A DNA stretch of 63,987 nt, the filler included, from Vezdaea acicularis (Eukaryota): NCBI GenBank assembly GCA_026025075.1. It is 4 parts of 4 records of this genome, joined end to end, with 100 filler letters (N's around TTAATTAATTAA, not from the genome) between each part and the next. Parts side by side here need not be neighbours in the genome. Positions count along the whole stretch, not along the records: positions 1 to 19,381 come from JAPEUI010000202.1; positions 19,482 to 38,687 come from JAPEUI010000203.1; 2 more parts are not named here. One strand, written 5' to 3'. Under the pieces are notes generated by a model. The model was not told the DNA's origin. It ran no database searches and saw only the letters and a list, made by a program, of their open reading frames with translations. Of this stretch, positions 12,301 through 26,487 are shown piece by piece. Each line of letters opens with the position of its first letter. Position 1 is the stretch's first letter. The position numbers and the translations under genes were made by a program.

Positions 12301-13955
12301 CACGCTTGCTGTCGTAATAGCGACAAGAGATGGCCGAGCTATGACAAGGGGGGGGGACCACCTATATTTACGCGTGAACCGAGCGCTCCCCCACGATGAC
12401 AAATTTCGAGCCCCACAATATTGCCCAGAGAACACTAGTAAAAATGGGCTGAGGTTCAACTGCTCCGTGACAAGTTTGAGTGTATTTATCACCTCGTTTT
12501 GGGGTAATATCTCGGGCTCCTGCACCATTGTTACTTCCGTGAGTTGTTTGTGGACCATTGTGTGAGAACTATTTGACTTTGAAGCGAGATCGAACGTGGA
12601 TGCCCGGCACAGCATGACCCCAATGAATGCGGACAGGACCAAGTGTGAGCGATTAATCGAGCAGCAAGTAACTCGGTTTTGCTTACGCCATGAGGTCTTT
12701 CCAGATAATTCTCTTGCAATTGAATGCACGCACAAGCAAAACACCCGCTTCTCCCCGCAAAAGTGTCCGCCGCTAAACGCGGGACTGCACATTTCGACCA
12801 ATCAGAAAATCGTCCCTGCGTTGTCGTGCCAATCCAACCACGAGAAAAATCATGGGACATGCGGCCACAATCACCTGGCGCAAAACAAGCTTCGTACAGG
12901 TTTGTGAAAAGGCGTCCTCTGGTCTCGCATCATGAATGATTACCCCGCAATGGGGACACAACGCTTTCCTTATCGATTGCTTCGATGGAGTGGTGGTGGC
13001 TTTCTCCCACCATGACCTCGGCCGTCCGTCACCCAAGCAACAGGAAGGTTCCTTCGCGACCAAAAATAGGCGCGGCAACGACCAATCAGATCCCTAAGCC
13101 CGCCGCCCAGCTCGACGCGAGACAGGCATCTCACCCTCCCCCCTCCGCCAACGACCACGGCGGGCGGCCTTCGCCTTGCCGCGCCTTTCCTCGCTCGGCC
13201 GGCTCGCCAAGCAACTGGCGCACAGCTCCCACACGCACCCGGCCTTTGCCTCTGCGCGGCACCACTGAGAAAGTTTCCCCTGTTGTGCCCTGCGACCGTC
13301 GGCTCCCTCACCTCACAGCCAACCTCACCTCTCTCCTTCTCTCCCAAGCCTTGTCCCTCGCTGGCCCGACAACAGCCCATCGTTCGTTTTGGTGCTGTGC
13401 CCGTCCCCATCTGATCGATACCTTCCGCCCCTTCACTCGTTATTCCTTTCGCTTTGTTGCAAAGGTATCGCATCAGAACACTCGTTCGGGATCGTATCAA
13501 GGCGACCGCAGAAAAGCCAGTCCGACGATTGACGAGGTCGCTGGCTTGCCCTTTTCATCCCGTGCATTCCAACCCTAGTCTCACATCAACAAGGACATTC
13601 CTCCCATCGCTCTCACTCCATCCAGAGCCGCATCTCCTCCGGTGCTTGTAGTATAGGAGGGGACGAAGTGGTGCCTGTGGTTGAATGTTTGCGAGGACAC
13701 GCCTCCCTTCGTTACAGCATCTTCGCAAACTTTTTCCATTCGACTTTCCGACGCCATTTTCCTAGTCGAGCGAGAGTATTCTTTCACCTACGGTCACCTC
13801 TTCTTCACGGATTATACGCCTGTTTAATACTTTCGACAAATTCTAATCTGCTTGGCTGAGACACGGTAAGCAACCTTGAGGAGCAATGCCCGGCAACCTT
13901 CGCTCGCCGTTCGATCTCAGGAATGTAGCTGACCCCTCTCCCTCTAGTGAGCATC

Positions 13956-16900
13956 ATGTCTGCTCCAAGACCGGGGCCCCCGTCCCCGCCGCGAGTTCGT
14001 CGCGATTCCTACGCCCGAAACTCACCGAGGCGGCCACGTCCGCAAGATGTCGAGACGGCCGATTACTTCCCGGTCACATCATCACCACGCACACCCTACT
14101 CACCACACCATCGAAGAGCGGACTCAAAACCGAGCGCGTATAACGAGGCTCTACCATCTCCCGGGATAGTGGTAGAAGACCGGGCGCCGCTGCGAGGGAT
14201 GACTTCGACACCGGGAAATGGAGGTGGTCCGGATTTGGGACGGAAAAGAAGTTTGATTCGCCCAGAGCGGAATCGGATTGATCGTGATCACCCTAATTTT
14301 TATTATCGACAGCATGCTCAGAATATGACTGTTCTGCCTTCTACGACTGGAAACGACCCTATCGTCGAGGACCATGGCGAGGCAGAGACGGCCAGTTCGG
14401 AGAGCACGGACTTGAAAAGTATTCACAACCAACCCCGCGCGGATGAACGTGCACCACGCCGAGGTGCGAACCGGGGGCGGGGAGCAGGTCCAGACCCTTT
14501 GCCGTTCAGCAAGGAAAGGGAAAGCAAGACGAGATTACAGCGGAGGCTCACTCGGAAGGAGACGAAAATACTCGAGGCAGAGGAAAAGCAACGGCAAAGA
14601 GAAAGAGATGCAATGGCTCCTCTGAGTCTATGGAGGGTATACTGCGCAATCATTACGTTTTGGTGCCCTGATGCCGTCCTCAGATGTCTCGGGAAGCCGG
14701 CAAAGCCACAGCAACGAGCGTGGCGGGAAAAGATGGGCTTGATCAGTATCATCCTGCTCATTGCTGCATTTGTCGGGTTCCTTACCTTTGGTTTTACACA
14801 AGCCGTCTGCGGTACGCCAGGCCTTCGATTGAAGATCAACCATGTTGACACGGGCTACATGATCTTCCATGGATCAGCGTACGACCTCAGTGGACCTGGT
14901 TCGGTCCATCCGCCCGCGAAGGGGATTCCCCTTGGGACCCAAATTCTCTACGATCTTCCCATCAAGTACGGAGGTACAGATGGGAGCTTCTTCTTCCAAA
15001 ACGTCAACGGGGCTTGCAAAGATCTCATCACGTTGGCTCCGGGATCTGATGTTCCTACCAACGGTAATGGAGATCTCGCCTGGTACTTTCCCTGCACTGC
15101 ATTCAACCAGGATGGATCAAGTGCACCCAATCTCACCATTCCGTACTATCTTGGCTATTCTTGCCACACCACTGCGACTGCCAGAGACAACTTCTACAAG
15201 CTGAGGTCATCTGGAGAAGTCTATTTCACGTGGCCGGACATCAAGAACTCCTCTCGAAACCTGATGGTCTACTCGGGCGACGTTCTTGACCTCGATCTTC
15301 TACAATGGTTCAACTCCAGTCAGGTCTCGGTCCCAGCTCAGTTCGAGAACCTGCGCACGAATCCAGCTGTGAAAGGTGTTGACGTGACGCACGCCATGCA
15401 AGGGAAGGCGGATAGGCAGATCGCAAAGTGCCTGACGGAGATCATCCGCGTTGGGTCCATCGATACGGAGACTGTCGGCTGCATTGCTTCTAAGGTCGTC
15501 CTCTACGTGTCCCTCGTCTTTATTTTGTCAATTGTGCTCGCCAAATTCTTCCTCGCCGTTTTCTTCGGCTGGTTCTTCAGTCGACGTTTTGCTGCTTCGA
15601 AGTCGAACATCACGTCAGACAAGAAGAAGAGGAATAAGCAGATTGAGGAATGGAGTGATGACATTTATAAAGCGCCACCGAAGTTGACGGATGCCGCGAG
15701 GAGTACAGCTGACCGCTCGAGCAAGCGCGGAAGCACTCTGTTTCCCACCACCTCGAGATTCACAAGTCCTTATGCAGTTGACAAAGCAGGATCTCGTCCT
15801 CAGCCTACTACTATGGCCAGCCAGACTTCGACCGCTCGACTGCTTCCGCCGAATCCGATGTATAAACAGGGAGATGACAGCACTCAGAGCTTCTCAGGTC
15901 TAGATACGCAGAGTGGGCAGCCTCTGGGCGGTAGTCGATCAAGCCTTATGCTCTCTGGGGATGGCGGGAGATACTCGACGATTCTGAGTGATGCAGATGG
16001 ACCTGGACCCGCTGGCTTTATTCATGACTCGGTCGTCCCACAGCCTCCTTCAGACTTCCAGCCGTTCGGTTATCCTCTTGCACATACTATCTGTTTGGTC
16101 ACGGCGTATTCCGAAGGCGAGGTTGGTCTTAGAACGACGTTGGACTCGATTGCAACTACCGAATACCCGAACAGTCACAAGGCAATGGTCATCATCTGCG
16201 ACGGCATGATCAAGGGCCAGGGAGAAGACTTGACCACGCCAGAGATCGCCATCAGCATGATGCGAGACCATGCCATCCTCCCCGACGAAGTCCAGGCCTT
16301 TTCTTACGTCGCAGTCACCAGCGGATCCAAGCGCCACAACATGGCCAAGGTCTACGCCGGCTTCTACGATTATGGCGACTCGTCCGCGATCCCGACCGAG
16401 AAGCAACAGCGTGTCCCCATGATGGTCATCGTCAAATGCGGAACCCCTGACGAAGAGAAAGAACGCAAGCCCGGCAACCGCGGCAAACGTGACAGTCAAG
16501 TCATCCTGATGTCCTTCCTGCAGAAAGTCATGTTCGACGAGCGGATGACCGAGCTCGAATTCGAGATGTTCAACGGCCTGTGGAAGGTGACGGGGATGTC
16601 TCCGGACTTTTACGAGACGGTGCTCATGGTCGATGCCGATACCAAGATCTTCCCCGACAGCCTGACGCATATGATCTCCGCTATGGTCAAGGACCCCGAG
16701 ATCATGGGGCTGTGCGGCGAGACGAAGATTGCCAACAAGCGCGCTAGCTGGGTGTCCATGATCCAGGTCTTCGAGTACTTTATCTCTCACCATCTGTCCA
16801 AGTCGTTCGAGTCCGTCTTCGGAGGTGTGACTTGTCTTCCGGGGTGCTTCTGCATGTACCGGATCAAAGCGCCAAAGGGCGGACAGAACTACTGGGTCCC

Positions 16901-17754
16901 TATTCTGGCCAACCCGGACGTGGTCGAGCACTACTCCGAGAACGTGGTCGACACGCTGCACAAGAAGAATTTGCTGCTCCTCGGCGAGGATCGATACCTC
17001 TCGACACTCATGCTGAAGACGTTCCCCAAGCGCAAACAGGTCTTTGTCCCGCAAGCCGTGTGCAAGACGACAGTGCCAGAACAGTTCTCGGTCCTGCTCT
17101 CGCAACGGCGAAGATGGATCAATTCGACTGTGCACAACCTGATGGAGCTTATCTTTGTCCGCGACCTGTGCGGCACGTTCTGCTTCAGTATGCAATTTGT
17201 TGTGTTTATCGAGCTAGTCGGGACCCTCGTCCTGCCTGCCGCCATCACATTCACTATCTACCTAAGTAAGCCTTGTGCACTCCCTTGCGTAGCTATCCCC
17301 ACCACTGACTAACCCGACCACAGTCATCATATCCATCGTCCGCCGCCCCGTCCCCGTCATCCCCCTGATCCTACTCGCCCTGATCCTCGGCCTCCCCGCC
17401 GTCCTCATCGTCCTCACCGCCCACCGCTGGTCCTACGTCTTCTGGATGTCCATCTACCTCCTCAGCCTGCCGATCTGGAACTTCGTCCTGCCCATGTACG
17501 CCTACTGGAAATTCGACGACTTCACCTGGGGCGAGACGCGCAAAACGGCTGGCGAGAAGACCAAGAAGGCCGGCATCGAGTACGAGGGCGAGTTCGATAG
17601 CAGCAAGATCACTATGAAGCGCTGGGGCGACTTTGAGAAGGAGCGTAGGTCCGCGAAGGGGACCCAGTGGGGGAGTACCCAGGGGAGTGCTCTGGGGAAT
17701 AATCCCGCGTGGGACAGGCAGCAGTATTATGATGTTCCGTACTCGGACTCTTAG
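13956..17754 (+). CDS. CHS3: Class IV chitin synthase (yeast Chs3 orthologue)
   Basis: [59 protein letters not shown]. Intron 17266-17323; probable 5'UTR intron ending at 13947. Confidence 0.97.
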
Positions 17755-18551
17755 AGCGCGAGTGAGTGTTCTTGTCGACGTTGTGGAGAGGTGGCGGGCG
17801 TGTGTGGAGTCGGGATTGTTTGTCCGCACATGCGCTTTTCCTACGAAACCCCTCGAGGGAGTGGTAGACTTATCTCACGCACAATCCTTAATCGCGCGCA
17901 CGACTGAGAAGGAGAAATGGGGGTCGACGCTCGTATAATCTCACTCCTTCCATCCCCTCACACCCAGGCGTTCCCCCTTCTCTCTCTCTATCCTCTGTCC
18001 TTCACCGCCAGCCTTTTCGGAGGACAAAGCGGCCTTTTTGCTTTTTTGTTCTCTTGTCTTTTGTATAGCATTCTGCATCACTCAGTCCCTGTCGCGATGG
18101 CTGGGGGTTCTATCAGGTGTGTTTGTTTTAGAATAGGGTTAGGGATAGGGCTAGGCTTTAATTGAATTGAGTTGAATTGAGTTGAATTGAATGGTTTTCT
18201 GATGTGATTTTTGGGGGGTGATAGGGTGGAGGAGGGGGGGGAATGCTACACCCATCCTACAGTTCAGACTAGAGAGGCATGATTGAGTTACCATATATCC
18301 TTCGCGGATTGAGAAGTTTAGATCCCCTCAAAACCCGCGCTTGATCGCGTTTTTTGAGCTGCTCGTGCGCCCCCTTGATCGAGAGTATGGGATATGATAT
18401 CGAGTCCACATTTACGGAACGCATTGACATCCTACATTGGAGCGAGGCTATATTGTAGCACAGGAAGAAAAGATGGTCTACGAATGAATACGCACCACAA
18501 AACCGCGCTCTAAACAACCGCGCTCCCCCAAACCACCAAAAAAGTCATGAC

Positions 18552-19381
18552 TTACATCTGGATATCATCCATGTTCAAAGGACTCAAGCGATACTGGCGT
18601 CTCATCCTTGCGAACTCCAGCACGACGATAACACGACAGATGATAGCCGACGCGGCGTATCGACCGAGAACGCCGACGGCGTCGCCGACGCAGATGAACT
18701 CGAGGCTCGAGAAGATCAGGACGCCGAAGATGACGTGGATGGGGCCGAGGCAGGTGGCGAGCATGTTGAGGAGCTGGTACCACCAGGGATTAAAGGAGAG
18801 GCGGCGGGCGGGGATGGCGCGGGCGGTGAACCAGTCCATCCAGGAAAAGTAGAGCTGGGTTGGGTGTTTGAGGAGGGGGGTTGTTTGCGGAGTGGGGTGT
18901 TCGGAGGGGGAGGGAGGCTCGTGAGGGGAGTCTACTCGGAGGAGTAGGAGCTTGCTGATGTTGCCGATGGCGATTAGGCCGTGGATGGCGATTGGGAGGA
19001 GGGTCCAGAAGAACGGCCATAGGACGCCGTTGCAGACGGGGGTGAAGACCGTTTGCACGCTGAGCTGGTAGGAGTTGTGGAGGACGTTTCCGGCGGCCGC
19101 GGCCGCGAAGAGGTATTCCAGCGTGATCGTCCAGAAGGGGCCTCCGATCTCATGCCGGGGGATCTTCCAACCGGCTTTGAGGGCGTTGTCGGACGAGTCG
19201 AAGTCTAGGATTCGGGTGGGGAAGACGGCCGGAGCGCCAATGGTGATGAATAAGGAAAGTAAGGGGACGGTCGAGGAGAGAAGGGAGATCTCTCCGACGC
19301 TGGGGCCGAGCGCTGACAGGATCGTGGGTGTCACGCCGAGGACGACGAATGCGCTCGATAGTTGAGCCTTGAACTGCTCGG
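18552..19381 (-). CDS. Uncharacterised fungal multi-pass membrane protein, 5'-truncated at contig end
   Basis: GC3-biased ORF with several hydrophobic segments (LGVTPTILSALGPSVGEISLLS...GAPAVFP; GVLIFSSLEFI); open up to the N gap. Confidence 0.75.
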
Positions 19382-19481
19382 NNNNNNNNNNNNNNNNNNN
19401 NNNNNNNNNNNNNNNNNNNNNNNNNTTAATTAATTAANNNNNNNNNNNNNNNNNNNNNNNNNNNNNNNNNNNNNNNNNNNN
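19382..19481. other. Artificial contig linker (N44-TTAATTAATTAA-N44)
   Basis: N-run with a 12-mer that gives stops in all six frames; identical to the two other linkers. Confidence 0.98.
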
Positions 19482-20012
19482 GTAGCATTCTCGCCGGACG
19501 GCAAGCTGGTCGCATCGGCATCGTGGGACGGCACGGTCAGGCTCTGGGACGCGGCCACGGGAGCATCGCTGCAGACGCTCGAGGGCCACTCGGGCTGGGT
19601 CCAGGCCGTAGCATTCTCGCCGGACGGCAAGCTGGTCGCGTCGGCATCGTGGGACCGCACGGTCAGGCTCTGGGACGCGGCCACGGGGGCATCGCTGCAG
19701 ACGCTCAAGACTGCTAATACTATTCGACAGCTATCATTCTCTAATAATGGTCAATATCTAGACACGGATGTGGGACAGTTAGGCATCGACTGCTCTTTTT
19801 CTAGTATCATTTCGCCTCGATCAATGTCTGTAAGGGAAAGGAGAATATATGTAAACGGGACTTGGGTGGTTCAAGAGAAAGAAAATGTTCTTTGGCTTCC
19901 TTCCGATTATCGAGCGATATGTACGGTTGTCCGGAACAATGTTCTAGTGATAGGACATGCATCTGGTTGTGTTTCTATTCTTGGATTCGATGTAGCTGAG
20001 CCTAGCATCTAG
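19482..20012 (+). CDS. C-terminal WD40 repeats of a HET-E/NWD-like NACHT-WD40 NLR, 5'-truncated
   Basis: Frame reads [42 protein letters not shown], then a near-identical second unit, then the typical NWD tail [15 protein letters not shown]...VLWLPSDYR...VIGHASGCV. The NACHT part is inferred, not seen. Confidence 0.88.
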   Translation, partial: VAFSPDGKLVASASWDGTVRLWDAATGASLQTLEGHSGWVQAVAFSPDGKLVASASWDRTVRLWDAATGASLQTLKTANTIRQLSFSNNGQYLDTDVGQLGIDCSFSSIISPRSMSVRERRIYVNGTWVVQEKENVLWLPSDYRAICTVVRNNVLVIGHASGCVSILGFDVAEPSI

Positions 20013-21660
20013 GGATATTTCTTCGGCCGCCTCCCCACCCACCTCCATTTCACTTAGCTGCCTTATATATCCTTTGCTTTCGAAATGCTCAGCCTTGAAG
20101 TGTTTTGCTTTGAAATGCTCTGCGTTAAAATGCTCTGTTTTGGAATCCTTCGCTTCGAATCCATCGCTTTGAAATCAGGTTAAACACGCTTACGCCAAGT
20201 GCTGTTGTGGTGAGTGGAAATGCGGCAAGATGGCAAACGTAAAAATCTTTGATAACGGCAGCTTCTGATGTACACATACATGGTCGAGCAAATGCGCCAA
20301 ATTCATCTGTTCTCTTCAGCCTGCCGGGCAACAAATTCTACGCATATGATCTTTGTCCATTTCAATCATCGACTCTCCACGCTGCTGAAAAAGCGCGCGC
20401 CCTCTCTCTCAAAACAACAGAGCTCAGATTCCACCATTCTAAGTTATCAGTCGTTACGCCTCATATGACAATGTCATCTGGCCTGATGTTTCTATAAACT
20501 GGTGGGAACCGTGTGTTCGCAAACACGTCATCTATACTCTCGTCGCCGTCCTTATACTTAAAAGCGATACAAGCGGATTGATGAATCGAGAGCCTTGTTC
20601 TTTCGAAGATCCGCTTATTCATTATAGTTCGATCGTGTCTGGCAATTAGTAACGAGACACGGTGCTACTAGAGGAAAGTTGAGAAGAAGCTTGATGTGCC
20701 GCGTTTTGAGATAGAAGCGGCGGGTTCACATCTAGCTCGCCAATATGGACAGTTCGACGGATAGAAAAACCGAAAGGCGCTTCTCAAGGCATTGAGTTAA
20801 ACGTCACCCTGTAGAGGAGGAATGGAGATTCCCCGCGAACCCAGTGGCCAAGCGTCTTCTTTCTCCATCTTTCAAGCCAGAACCCACCTTATTCGCCCAT
20901 GTAATCTCAGTCTCCGTCATGCCCTCCCGACAAAGATAATTCAAAAGTGGGCTCCCGGCCCATGTGTCGCAGTCTAGGCCAAATTCGATGATCTTTTGGT
21001 ATATAAATCTCGCAGGAGTATCTCCCAGTGTTCGTAGTAGGCCTCGCTTTCGTAGTCAGGATCAGGTGAACGGGACGATCTGCCATAGATCTCTCCGGCT
21101 AGTATATTATCTTCCTCGTCAGTGTTGAACCCTGTAATCATGTCCTTTAGAACTGCAAGTAGGCTAGAGTGGGCTTTTAGATCCTACTAGCGACCAAGAG
21201 AAGATTGTGCCATGGACTCGAGCTAGCTCGCAAGCATCATCTCTGCCGTGTCTATTTAATATCTTTTTCCACGTCTAATGATGTCGTGTGCAACCTCACT
21301 CGCGTCCAAATGTCGACAGGCAGAGAGGAACATTGCATTGTAAGGCGAAGAGGTCCAACACCGTCAAGGTGAGAACGTTGCCGCCGAAATCAGGAGCGAA
21401 GTCGGGCAATACTACAGCCAGAGTCCTAAAGAGAGGATTACCGCCAAAGGTAACAGGCATGGGTGTATTCATGGCTGGTGAACAGCAAGGGGAGGCCGAA
21501 GTACTGTTTATGACCGCACTCCCTGTCATATGAGACGTATCGTAGAGTGGGTCGTACGCAGGCGCAGTTGTGGTTTACAGGGTCGGAAGGAGGGCAACAA
21601 TTGATGTTGTTGATGTTCAAAAGAGCAAGGGTAATGGAGGACGATCAGTGATGTCAATTG

Positions 21661-21775
21661 GCGGCCAAGATTGGCCGGCCAAAGTTGGCTTGGCCAGCAG
21701 ATCTGGCCAATTAACATGGCCAAGTTTGGCCTGGCCAAAGGGTAGCCAGGCCAAATGGCCAAGTTGGCCAAACAG
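21661..21775. repeat. Cluster of GGCCAA/TTGGCC short palindromic motifs (second small cluster at ~21932-21960)
   Basis: About ten GGCC-centred motifs within ~115 bp. Confidence 0.7.
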
Positions 21776-23367
21776 GGGTCCTAATCCGGGTTAGCGTGTT
21801 GCCCATAATATTTAGCTGGATCAAAAGGGGGCCAATTAGATTACTTACATAGAAAATTTCGAGTATCTGCCCCGGAGTGGCGCTTTAAATAGAGATATCT
21901 GATTGGGCATTAGCGTGGAACTTAAACTTATCGGCCAATTGGCTGGCCAAAAGTGGCCAATTGACAACGCTGCAGGACGATGGGCGGTCGCTAAACCGCA
22001 TCGTGGCATTCACCGGCAAGATTTTTACAATCTGGGCAGCTGACATTTCAGCATCGATACCGGCCGATAATTGGGATGCTGCACCCGTAACCTCCAAAAT
22101 TCTCGCAGACATTAGGCTATCACTTAGTAATCATTTAGTTTCTCTGCATATCCAAGTCCAGTGGACTCTCTCCTTACGTCCAAATGTATATTCGTAAACG
22201 AACGATCAAGGCGCCTTTCTCTGTAGATGAAACGACAAATCACTTTCACCGTCTTAAACGACCATTTCTCTTCAGCATTTTGTCTTAGACACTACTCCAT
22301 TAGGGAAGGGCATCTTTCTGGTGAAGCTGTTGCTTTCATTGATGCTTGGCATCTGAATTGGCTGAAGAATGTCTAGTTGCCAAAAAATCTCATCATATCT
22401 TCAATGCAAAGTGACGACAATCATGTTCACACTGAATTTGCCAATCTGCAGGTTATGGAGCCTGGCTACCTGTATAATTTATAGATTCTCCTAATTGCTG
22501 TAGGAACCGGAAGCCTGCTCCTAACGTGTTGGTAAGCATCCATTCTGAACCATCAAACCAAACCAACGCCTTGCTTTGTAGTCTGTCACACATGAGGTTA
22601 CAATCTTTTGAAGTGTTGATTATGCCTCCCAACCGCGGTTCAGTTAATTACAGCCGGCATGTTTTGGCGACGCGGCTTGGAATGAATACTTACTTGACTG
22701 AACTACGGAGCATCAATCAATTAGACAGTTAGGCAGGCCCAAAAATCTGCAGATTACGAGCATAATTCATTCAATTATGACTTATCTTACATCTTTAATA
22801 ACAGCTGCAATCCGCAGATTGTGAAGCCTCTTTGCGTCACTACGGCTAACCCCATATCTTTCCGATTCCTCGTAAAAAAGTCTCGCAGCACGTGAATGCC
22901 ATGTGATCTGGACAATTCTACATCACAGTCTTAAAGATACAGGGTCAATTCATCGATTTTATGGAATAAATCCCAGAGGATTGAGATCTCCGCAGTCAAG
23001 GTCTTCAATGCTGTGTACCCCCCCCCCCCCCTTTGAACAACAACGGCGTGGCCACAACTACGACATGAGTTTGAATTAAATGAAGAATAAGATTGACACC
23101 GAAGTGACATCCAGAATTTGAGGTTTTTGGTGCTATTTTAGAGGTCCCCTCGTCCTGGGTGCTACTACCATAAATTCAAAATTCGGAAAATTGTAACCAT
23201 TTCGCTTCTATCTTGCATTCAACACTCACTTCACAGCGAGCTGCCGCTCATTCACAGTCACAAACTCATGACCTAGTGGTTGTAGTTTTTATAATCAAAA
23301 GATTTCTTGAAAGTAAATATTGGGTCTCAGTTAAGTAACACGAGATGTACCTTGCTTCACTTTGAAT

Positions 23368-25538
23368 CTACGCCATTCTTGGTCTCTTCGACACGGATTC
23401 ACCAACGACCGAACTATCCTCCTCCACCCTGCGTTTCGCCGTGCTCTCTGCAAAGTCTATCTCGAATTTCTTCATAACCTTCAGAGTCATGTTGATGTGA
23501 GCAAGGCTTATATCCTTATTTTGGCTCACTGCTAGCGCACAGGCCGTCCGTACAATGTTCTTGATTTGCCGGCCATTGAGATTCTCATTGGCCAACTTGC
23601 CGAGCGAATCCGTATTCACCCAACCTAGACTGGATTCTGGGGATGCCTTGAATATGAATGTGTTCCATAAATTCTTACGGGAGGAGTAGGAAAGAGCCGG
23701 ATATTTGACGGCAAGATGAATCCTAGACTTGAAAGCTGCATCAAACGAGCCGATGCGATTAGTGGTGAGGAATATGATACCCTCGTAGTACTCGAGGATG
23801 CGCAAGAATACTAGCCCAGCATCAGACACCTATTCTTTGAGTGGTGGATGGAATGCAACGATACCTGATACAAGACCATTTCTTTCAAGATTATTGGCAG
23901 TACGCTGCTCAAGGAACACATCTGCTTCATCGATAAGTATTATGGCATTCCAGGTCGTCGCTAAATGAATTGCATCTCCCAATCCCTGCTCCACTGAGGA
24001 TGGTGAGGCTCCGAGGTCACCAGAACTCACTACATAAAGAGGTCGCTGGCAGAAGTCTGCTACGCTTTCTATATCACAGTCATCGGCATGTAAGAGCACG
24101 TTCAAAGATATTATCACGTACCGGCGGTAAGCGTTTTGCCAACACCTGGCACACCGTGAAGCAAGAATATCATACCTCTCCCCTTGCCTTTGATTACATC
24201 GTCAAACAAAAGTCTTTCGTCTGTATGTACCTTGACTAGAGAGAGGATCATTTGCTTTTGCTCCTCTTCAAGCATCAAAGCCTCGAAGGCTTTTGGGTCA
24301 TACTCAACATCCTTGATCAGATCTACCTGAAAGAAGCACCATTTTTTATCGGCAAGGGAGAATCCAGACATCAAATGATGACATATAAGGTAATCATCAT
24401 CTTGGAGACGCAGGTGATCCTCGGTTTTCGTTCGGATGATTCTCCCTGTGCTTAGCAAGTAAGGGCAGTGAGATGGTTTCACTAAGGCGAAGGTTTTCGC
24501 ATCAATCATGACGCGACCTTTGATCTATTTAAATTAGTTGCAAAAGGGAGGCCATAGAACAAATAGACACACCAACGTAGATTGCAGTGCAAACTCATCC
24601 TCTTCACCATAGATTGAAGTTATTCTGTCCGGCGCTAGCGCTTCTGCAATACCCTCATACATCCGATGGTGAGTTCCGTGCAGGCCAATGAATATTTTGC
24701 CTCTTGCTATCATTGATTCGACGATGGAGCCCCTGTTTGGATAATATTGAAGAGGTATGACGTTTAAGTCCTTTAGAGCCTTATACCCGTTGTACGGGAG
24801 GATGCTGAAACATTCCCTCGCACAGCCAAAATCTGTCCCGTCATAATTAATGTATTCTGCGATGATAGTCCATTTTGAATCCCAACACCACGGAATCGGG
24901 CACTTGCACCTTGTCATCTTTTGGAACTTCAGCACACGTTCTGTCTTATCCGTCTTTGTGTATACGTATTCTCCTGGTCGAAACACCATCCACAGGTTCA
25001 GGAAGTCAATACTAGGAGAGATAGAGGCTGTTTCGACGAGATTGTAATAGCTGTAAATCTCGCTCTGCAAAACTTTGTACATGTATTTGAGAGCGAATAC
25101 AAGATGCTTCACAGCGTCTGGGTCCTGGAGGGTGCTTCCGTACGTCTGTAACTCTTTGCGGTAATGAAATAAGCATTTTGGATGATCGCGTAAAATGATC
25201 TTCTCGGTCCGAAGGTTAAGCTCACGATATTCAGGAACAATCTCTTTAAGAGCGGTTTTGACATATGGTGATCTAATTTCCAACTCTGTGTATTCCAACT
25301 CTTTTTTTTTGTCATAGAACCTAGTCAAGACTAAAGCAGACTTATGTGCCCTGTCTTGTGGAGGATTCAACACTTTCCTTGATCCTACGTTCAAAATTAC
25401 TCTTTCTTGCTTCGAATTGTAGCGTGCTTCAAATGTCTTGAGCTCACATTCCAGACCTCCTTCATCTTTTTCTTCTTGTTCGGCATTTGCTGGATAGAAA
25501 TCTTCAAGATTTTCGAAAGTCCATTTATCTGCCTGCAT
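23368..25538 (-). CDS. Fungal-specific AAA+ ATPase
   Basis: Four exons: ...LEIRSPY...LWMVFRPG..., IKGRVMID...GKGRGMIFLLHGVPGVGKTLTA (Walker A), ESVAD...ILIDEADVFLEQR (Walker B), VFLRILEYYEGIIFLTTNR...AFKSRIH...LNGRQIKN. Start approximate. Confidence 0.92.
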
Positions 25539-26487
25539 GACGGAATTTATCTGAAAGAGATTAGCCAAGAACAAATATGCGTCATTAAAAAGACAACGAA
25601 AGATCTCATGTTGAATATTGAAGCTTGATTAGCTTGCAAGCTGAAAGCGTGGAAAAGCCATTGGTCCAATGTCCTCAGCTTTACACCAGCCTCAAAAGAT
25701 CGAGAGCACTTTACACGACTTTGGGCTCTAGTATGATGGTCCCTTCTCCATCCCATTGAAGAAATGGGGAAAAGAAGCAAAAGATACGCTTGTTGAAATA
25801 AAAGGCAAGCCCAAACCACATTGCAAGATTTAAATAGATGCTTAGAATAAGGCTTTGAATGCACCTCGTTTGCGTTCTGTAGAAAAAATAACCTGAGCTT
25901 CTCACATTCAATATAGGTTATGCTTTCCCGCTACGTTTTGGGGTTCTATTGCTTGCACATTAGGCACAGTACATACTATACTAGGTCAAACTTTTAGGCC
26001 CCCTCTACAACGAGTCGAGCTTGCTGCCCTACCGGAGAGCGAAGTAGGCTGATAGATACGTAAGGTGTTCGGTCATGTAGTAGGACTAGGGCCTACGTTT
26101 GTAAGTAGAGCACGTATGTATAGGTAGAGGCAACAGAGTCTCATTATCCGGTCCTATTCATAGGATTTTGGCCACAAGCTATTTGATGCTAATCTCCTAA
26201 AGGATTCGGCCCGCTATTTATGTTTTGGTTCTACCACGTGACCTCGCCTCACCCCTCTCCCTAACAAGTTGCATAGAAGACCTAAACTTATGACTAGTGA
26301 TGGTACACTGTTGTCTTCTAAGGGCGAGCATACACGCGCAAGAAAGGATGTTTACTGGAGGTCCTGATGGCAGGCAACACAAGTTCTTTACAGTACAACG
26401 TTTTAAGCAAGCAGATTCAAATATTTAATAAATAGCAATATGATAGGAGGTAGTGAGATGTAATACATCAACAGGTACCCTTCAAAA

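Noticed and set aside
9371..13900. Numerous overlapping ORFs between CHS4 and CHS3
   Set aside because: GC-rich promoter/UTR sequence; low-complexity Arg/Pro/Ser translations without domains.
19426..19437. TTAATTAATTAA as a biological motif
   Set aside because: Synthetic six-frame stop spacer inside N-runs, repeated three times.
19430..19708. Minus-strand [16 protein letters not shown]...
   Set aside because: Antisense shadow of the WD40 repeats.
20125..21529. Fragmented minus-strand ORFs that may be a pseudogene
   Set aside because: Many stops, no recognisable motif and no consistent splice model.
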